From assembly GCA_963714705.1 (NCBI GenBank), contig CAVQPJ010000005.1, positions 192,291-256,290 on the forward strand: a stretch of DNA of 64,000 nt, written 5' to 3'. Below are positions 59,990-64,000 of this stretch, piece after piece. The notes beneath the pieces are model-generated. The model searched no databases. It worked only from the letters and a program-made list of their open reading frames with translations, and was not told where the DNA came from. The number at the start of each line of letters is the position of its first letter. Positions within the stretch are counted from its first letter, which is position 1. Origin of the DNA: an uncultured Gammaproteobacteria bacterium. GTDB lineage: Bacteria > Pseudomonadota > Gammaproteobacteria > Steroidobacterales > Rariloculaceae. Made by a program: the position numbers and the translations under genes.

Positions 59990-61060
59990 ATGGCCGTTCG
60001 CCGCTACCAATTCGACAGTTTCAGCCTCGACCCTATCGAGCGACGCCTGTTTGCCGGAGAGGTGCTGGTGGAGCTCAACAGCCGTTACTTCGACGCGCTG
60101 CTGTTGCTATTGCAGCACCCCGGCACGCTGCTCAGCAAAGAGCGCTTCCTGCAGGAAGTCTGGCAGGGTATTCCGGTCACCGACGAAGTCCTGACGCAGT
60201 GCATCAAGACCTTGCGCCGGCAACTCGGCGACAGTGCCGCGCAACCGCATCTGATCGAAACCATTCCCAAGCACGGCTATCGCTTCATCGCGGCGGTGAG
60301 CTGCGTGGCGGAGAGTGACGCTGCACCCGAAGACCAGACCCGTGCCCTGGCATCACAGACCGTAGCGACTCCCGGCGCTTACGACTGGCGCCAGTGCCGG
60401 CTGACGCTCGGGGCCGGCACCACCGGCGGCGGGATAGCCGGTCTGCTCGGCGGTCTGGTGTTCGGCTTCGCCGCTGCGGCGCAGGCGCAGCAGAGTGGCG
60501 TCGGGGCCTTGTCGGCGCTGCTGGTGCTGGTGGCATTGGCAACCCTGCTGGCCCTGATCGGCGCCGCCGGCGTCGCGGGCGGTATCGCGGCCGCGCGACT
60601 CGTGGCGCGCAACTTCACTTTCGCTGGGCTCATGGGCGGCGCAGTGGGCGGTCTGCTCGTCGGCGCTTTCGGCAAACTGCTCGGCAACGACGCCTTCCTG
60701 CTGCTGTTCGGCCAGGCGCCCGGCGACATCACCGGCGCTCTCGAAGGGCTGTTGTTGGGCGCGGCGGTCGGACTTGCGGATGATCTCAGCCGACGCTTCG
60801 CCGCAGACGGCAGTATTCAGCGCAGTGTGCTGCTGGCCGCAGCCATCGGCGCATTGGCCGGGCTGCTCATTGCCATGATGGGAGGACAGCTGCTGGGCGG
60901 CAGTCTCGCGCTGCTGGCCGAAAGCTTCCCCGATGCTCGCCTGCATCTCGATCCGCTCGGGGCCCTGCTCGGGCCGTTCGCCGCTGGCGTGACGATCGCG
61001 CTGGAAGGGGCGTGGTTCAGTCTGTGTCTGGTCGGCGCGCTGATGCTGGCGCGGCGTTGA
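59990..61060 (+). CDS. OmpR/CadC-type winged-helix regulator with multi-pass membrane domain
   Basis: LTQCIKTLRRQLGD...IETIPKHGYRF followed by several Gly/Ala-rich TM helices. Confidence 0.88.
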   Translation: MAVRRYQFDSFSLDPIERRLFAGEVLVELNSRYFDALLLLLQHPGTLLSKERFLQEVWQGIPVTDEVLTQCIKTLRRQLGDSAAQPHLIETIPKHGYRFIAAVSCVAESDAAPEDQTRALASQTVATPGAYDWRQCRLTLGAGTTGGGIAGLLGGLVFGFAAAAQAQQSGVGALSALLVLVALATLLALIGAAGVAGGIAAARLVARNFTFAGLMGGAVGGLLVGAFGKLLGNDAFLLLFGQAPGDITGALEGLLLGAAVGLADDLSRRFAADGSIQRSVLLAAAIGALAGLLIAMMGGQLLGGSLALLAESFPDARLHLDPLGALLGPFAAGVTIALEGAWFSLCLVGALMLARR

Positions 61061-61136
61061 GCGAGACGTCAGAGCAGTTCCTCGAGCACAAGGCAGCCGA
61101 CGTTGCGGAGGCGCGCGCGACGAGTACCATCGCGTC

Positions 61137-62820
61137 ATGACCGACACGAGATTCCGCCGCGCATTCGGCGAGCAGTTCTTCGATCGCTTTTGGCAGCTCT
61201 CGCCCGATTGGGCGATCGCGATCGGCTACTACAAGTACGCCGACCGGCTCGTCGTGCCCGACGCGGCCTCGCGTGCCGAAATGCTCGCGCAGCTCGACCG
61301 CTGGCTTAAGGAGCTGCGCGGCATCGATCCCGGCACGCTGAGCCCCGCCGTCCGTGCCGACCGGGCGATGCTCGAAAACGAGTTTCTCGCCACACGCTGG
61401 TCGCTGACGGAGCTGCGCTCGTGGCAGTGGAATCCGTCCGTCTACAACGTCGCGGAGCCGTTCGCGCTGCTGCGCGACCTGACCTTCGCGCCGCTCGACG
61501 AGCGGCTGCGCATGTTCAGCCGGCGATTGGAGCGCGTTCCCGCCTACTACGCCGCCGCGAAAGCCAACATCGAGGGCCCGGCCCGCGAGCACACGCAGCT
61601 CGCGATCGACCAGAACCGCGGCGCCTTGGCGGTGTTCGGCCCGGACCTCGAGCACACGCTCGAGATGTCGGACCTCTCGGCCGCCGAGCGCGCCGCGTTC
61701 AACGAGCGCCTTGCCGCGGCGAGAGCGGCGATCGAGGACTTCGTTCGCTGGCTCGAAGCGCTCGACGAGCGGCTCGCGTCGGGCGCGCGTCGCCGCGCGC
61801 TCGTTCCGGCTGGGCGCAGAGCTCTACGCGCCGAAATTCGCGTTCGAGATCCAGTCCGGCGACACGGCCGAGGCGCTGCACGCGCGCGCGCTCGCCGAGA
61901 AGGACACGCTGCACGCGCGCATGCGCACGCTCGCCGAGCTGCTGTGGCCGAAGTACTTCCCGAACGAGGCCACGCCGAGCGACGCGCTCGAGACGATCGG
62001 CCGCGTCATCGCGCGCCTCTCCGACGACCACGTCGCGCCGGCCGACCTCGTGCGCGAGGTCGAGCGGCAAATCCCCGAGCTCGAGCAGTGGGTGCGCGAC
62101 CACGACCTGCTCGAGCTCGACGCGTCGAAGCCGCTCGTCGTCCGCGAGACGCCGCCGCACAAACGCGGCATCGCGGGCGCAGGCATCGACGCGCCGGGGC
62201 CGTACGACGCGAACGCGCCGACGTACTACAACGTCACGCCGCTCGACGGCGAGCGCGCAGAACGCGCCGAGAGCTGGCTGCGGGAGTACAACCGCTGGAT
62301 GCTGCCCGTGCTGAACATCCACGAGGCGGTTCCGGGCCATTACGTGCAGCTCGTCTACGCGAACCGTAGCCCAAGCTTGATCAAGTCGATCTTCGGTAAC
62401 GGCGCCATGATCGAAGGCTGGGCCGTCTACGCGGAGCGCGTCATGCTCGAGTCGGGCTACGGCGAGCACCGCGCCGAGGCGTGGCTCGTCTACTCGAAGT
62501 GGAACCTACGCAGCGTCTGCAACACGATCTTGGACTACGGCGTCCACGTGCTCGGCATGACGGAAGCCGACGCAATGGAATTGCTCACGCGCCAAGCGTT
62601 CCAGACCGAGGCCGAGGCCGTCGAGAAATGGCGGCGCGTGCAGCTCACGAACGTCCAGCTCACGAGCTATTTCTCGGGCTACGCAGCGATCCTCGATCTA
62701 CGCGAGACGCTGAAACGCGAGCGCGCCGACACCTTCGACCTGAAGCGCTTCCACGAGCAGTTCTTGAGCTACGGCAGCGCGCCCGTGCGCGTGATCCGCG
62801 AGCTGATGCTCGTGGGCTGA
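61137..62820 (+). CDS. DUF885 family protein, putative metallopeptidase (frameshifted)
   Basis: HEAVPGHYVQ, EGWAVYAE, QLTSYFSG, FDLKRFHE, LSYGS. Confidence 0.9.
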
Positions 62821-62822
62821 GC

Positions 62823-63745
62823 CTACTCGTTGCCGAACCGCTGCGTGATGTTCGCGTAGGCGTCGATGCGCCGGTCGCGGAAGAACGGCCAGCCGGCGCG
62901 GACGGCGTCGATCTCGGCGAGATCGATCTCCTCGACGAGCACGACCTCGCGGTCCACGGGCGCACGCACGAGGATGCGGCCGTCGGTGCCGGCGACGAAG
63001 CTCTGGCCCCAGAACTCGATGCCGCCCGTGCCGCGCGGGTCGGGCTCGAAGCCCGTGCGGTTCACGGCGATCACGAAGCAGCCGTTCGCGACGGCGTGGC
63101 TGCGCTGGATCGTCTCCCACGCGCCATGCTGCCGCTCGCCGTACTGCGCCTTCTCCTCGGGATGCCAGCCGATCGCGGTCGGGTAGATGAGGATCTCGGC
63201 GCCCTGCATCGCCGTCAGCCGCGCAGCTTCGGGATACCACTGGTCCCAGCAGACGAGCACGCCGAGCTGCGCCGGCTTCGTAGCGAAGACCTTGAAGCCC
63301 GAGATCGCCCGGCGTGAAGTAGTACTTCTCGTAGAACCGCGGATCGTCGGGGATGTGCATCTTGCGATACTTGCCGAGATAACCGCGCTCGGCATCGATG
63401 ACGGCCGCCGTGTTGTGATAAAGGCCGGCCGCTCGCTTCTCGAACAAGCTCGCGACGAGCGTGATCTTCAAGCTCCGCCGCGAGCTTGCCGAGCACCTCC
63501 GTGCTCGGGCCCGGGATCGCCTCGGCGAGCCCGAACTGCGCCGGGTCCTCGCTCTGGCAGAAGTAGCGCGAGCGGAACAGCTCCGGCAGCACCACGAGCT
63601 GCGCGCCGCGCTTCGCGGCGTCGCGGACGCCGTCGATCGCCTTCGCGAGGTTCTGCGCGGGGTCATCCCCCATCGCCATCTGCACGAGCCCGACTTTGAG
63701 CGGACGCCCCTTGGTAGTCCCCGAAGGGGGACGTGCCGCGGTCAT
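62823..63745 (-). CDS. aguB: N-carbamoylputrescine amidase / carbon-nitrogen hydrolase (frameshifted)
   Basis: LPELF, YRKMHIPDDP.FYEKYYF, VCWDQWYPE, YPTAIGW; overlaps the speA stop. Confidence 0.85.
63705..63730 (+). repeat. 26-bp GTAG-type REP-like element inside the aguB 5' end
   Basis: Identical to the reverse complement of 43811-43836; GTAG overlapping a GTCCCC-GAAG-GGGGAC hairpin. Confidence 0.75.
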
Positions 63746-64000
63746 CGCTGGTGTTCTCTTTCGATGTCGCGCGTGTCGCAGTAGGTCGTCTGCGGGAAGC
63801 ACGCCATGTACTGGTCGAGAATCTCCATGCCCTGCGTCGGACGCACGACGTTCTGCTGAATCTTCGCGCGCACGAGCTCGCTCATGCGGCGGTGCAGATC
63901 GTTCGGGAAGTACTGGACCTGCGCGAGCATGTCCTGCACTGCCGTGCCGTGAATGATCTTCTCGATCCAGAAGTCGCCGGGCTCCTCGGCGTCGGCGTAG
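63742..64000 (-). CDS. speA: Biosynthetic arginine decarboxylase, 3' end (partial)
   Basis: IEKIIHGTAVQDMLAQVQY...TTY resembles the SpeA C-terminus; adjacent to aguB; runs off the window edge. Confidence 0.7.
   Translation of the reverse strand, partial: YADAEEPGDFWIEKIIHGTAVQDMLAQVQYFPNDLHRRMSELVRAKIQQNVVRPTQGMEILDQYMACFPQTTYCDTRDIEREHQR

Overview
This is a high-GC bacterial chromosomal window. Gene content resembles a soil or sediment Gammaproteobacterium, which is an inference and not a computed placement. About 50 genes are recognisable. Roughly half are broken by single-base indels that look like long-read assembly errors, so I give them as reconstructed spans. Housekeeping-type genes are rimO, trmO, a double-length uvrA, aguB and the 3' end of speA. 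No rRNA, tRNA, CRISPR array, integrase or transposase was found. Main points of interest: (1) a co-directional c-di-GMP cluster at 19.1-28.3 kb (two EAL proteins and a beta-propeller diguanylate cyclase) ending in a secreted S8 protease whose tail carries nine GY[LV]WAD repeats, a candidate peptide-signal/c-di-GMP system; (2) a circularly permuted ATP-grasp ligase fused in frame to an M32 carboxypeptidase; (3) two inverted copies of a ~130-bp palindromic element read in frame in the uvrA linker, plus a 26-bp GTAG-type repeat inside both uvrA and aguB; (4) an orphan integron attC site with a GNAT cassette and a collapsed second attC; (5) an AbrB-domain plus DUF6036-like nucleotidyltransferase toxin-antitoxin-like pair with a palindromic operator; (6) three paralogues of an uncharacterised secreted protein family.
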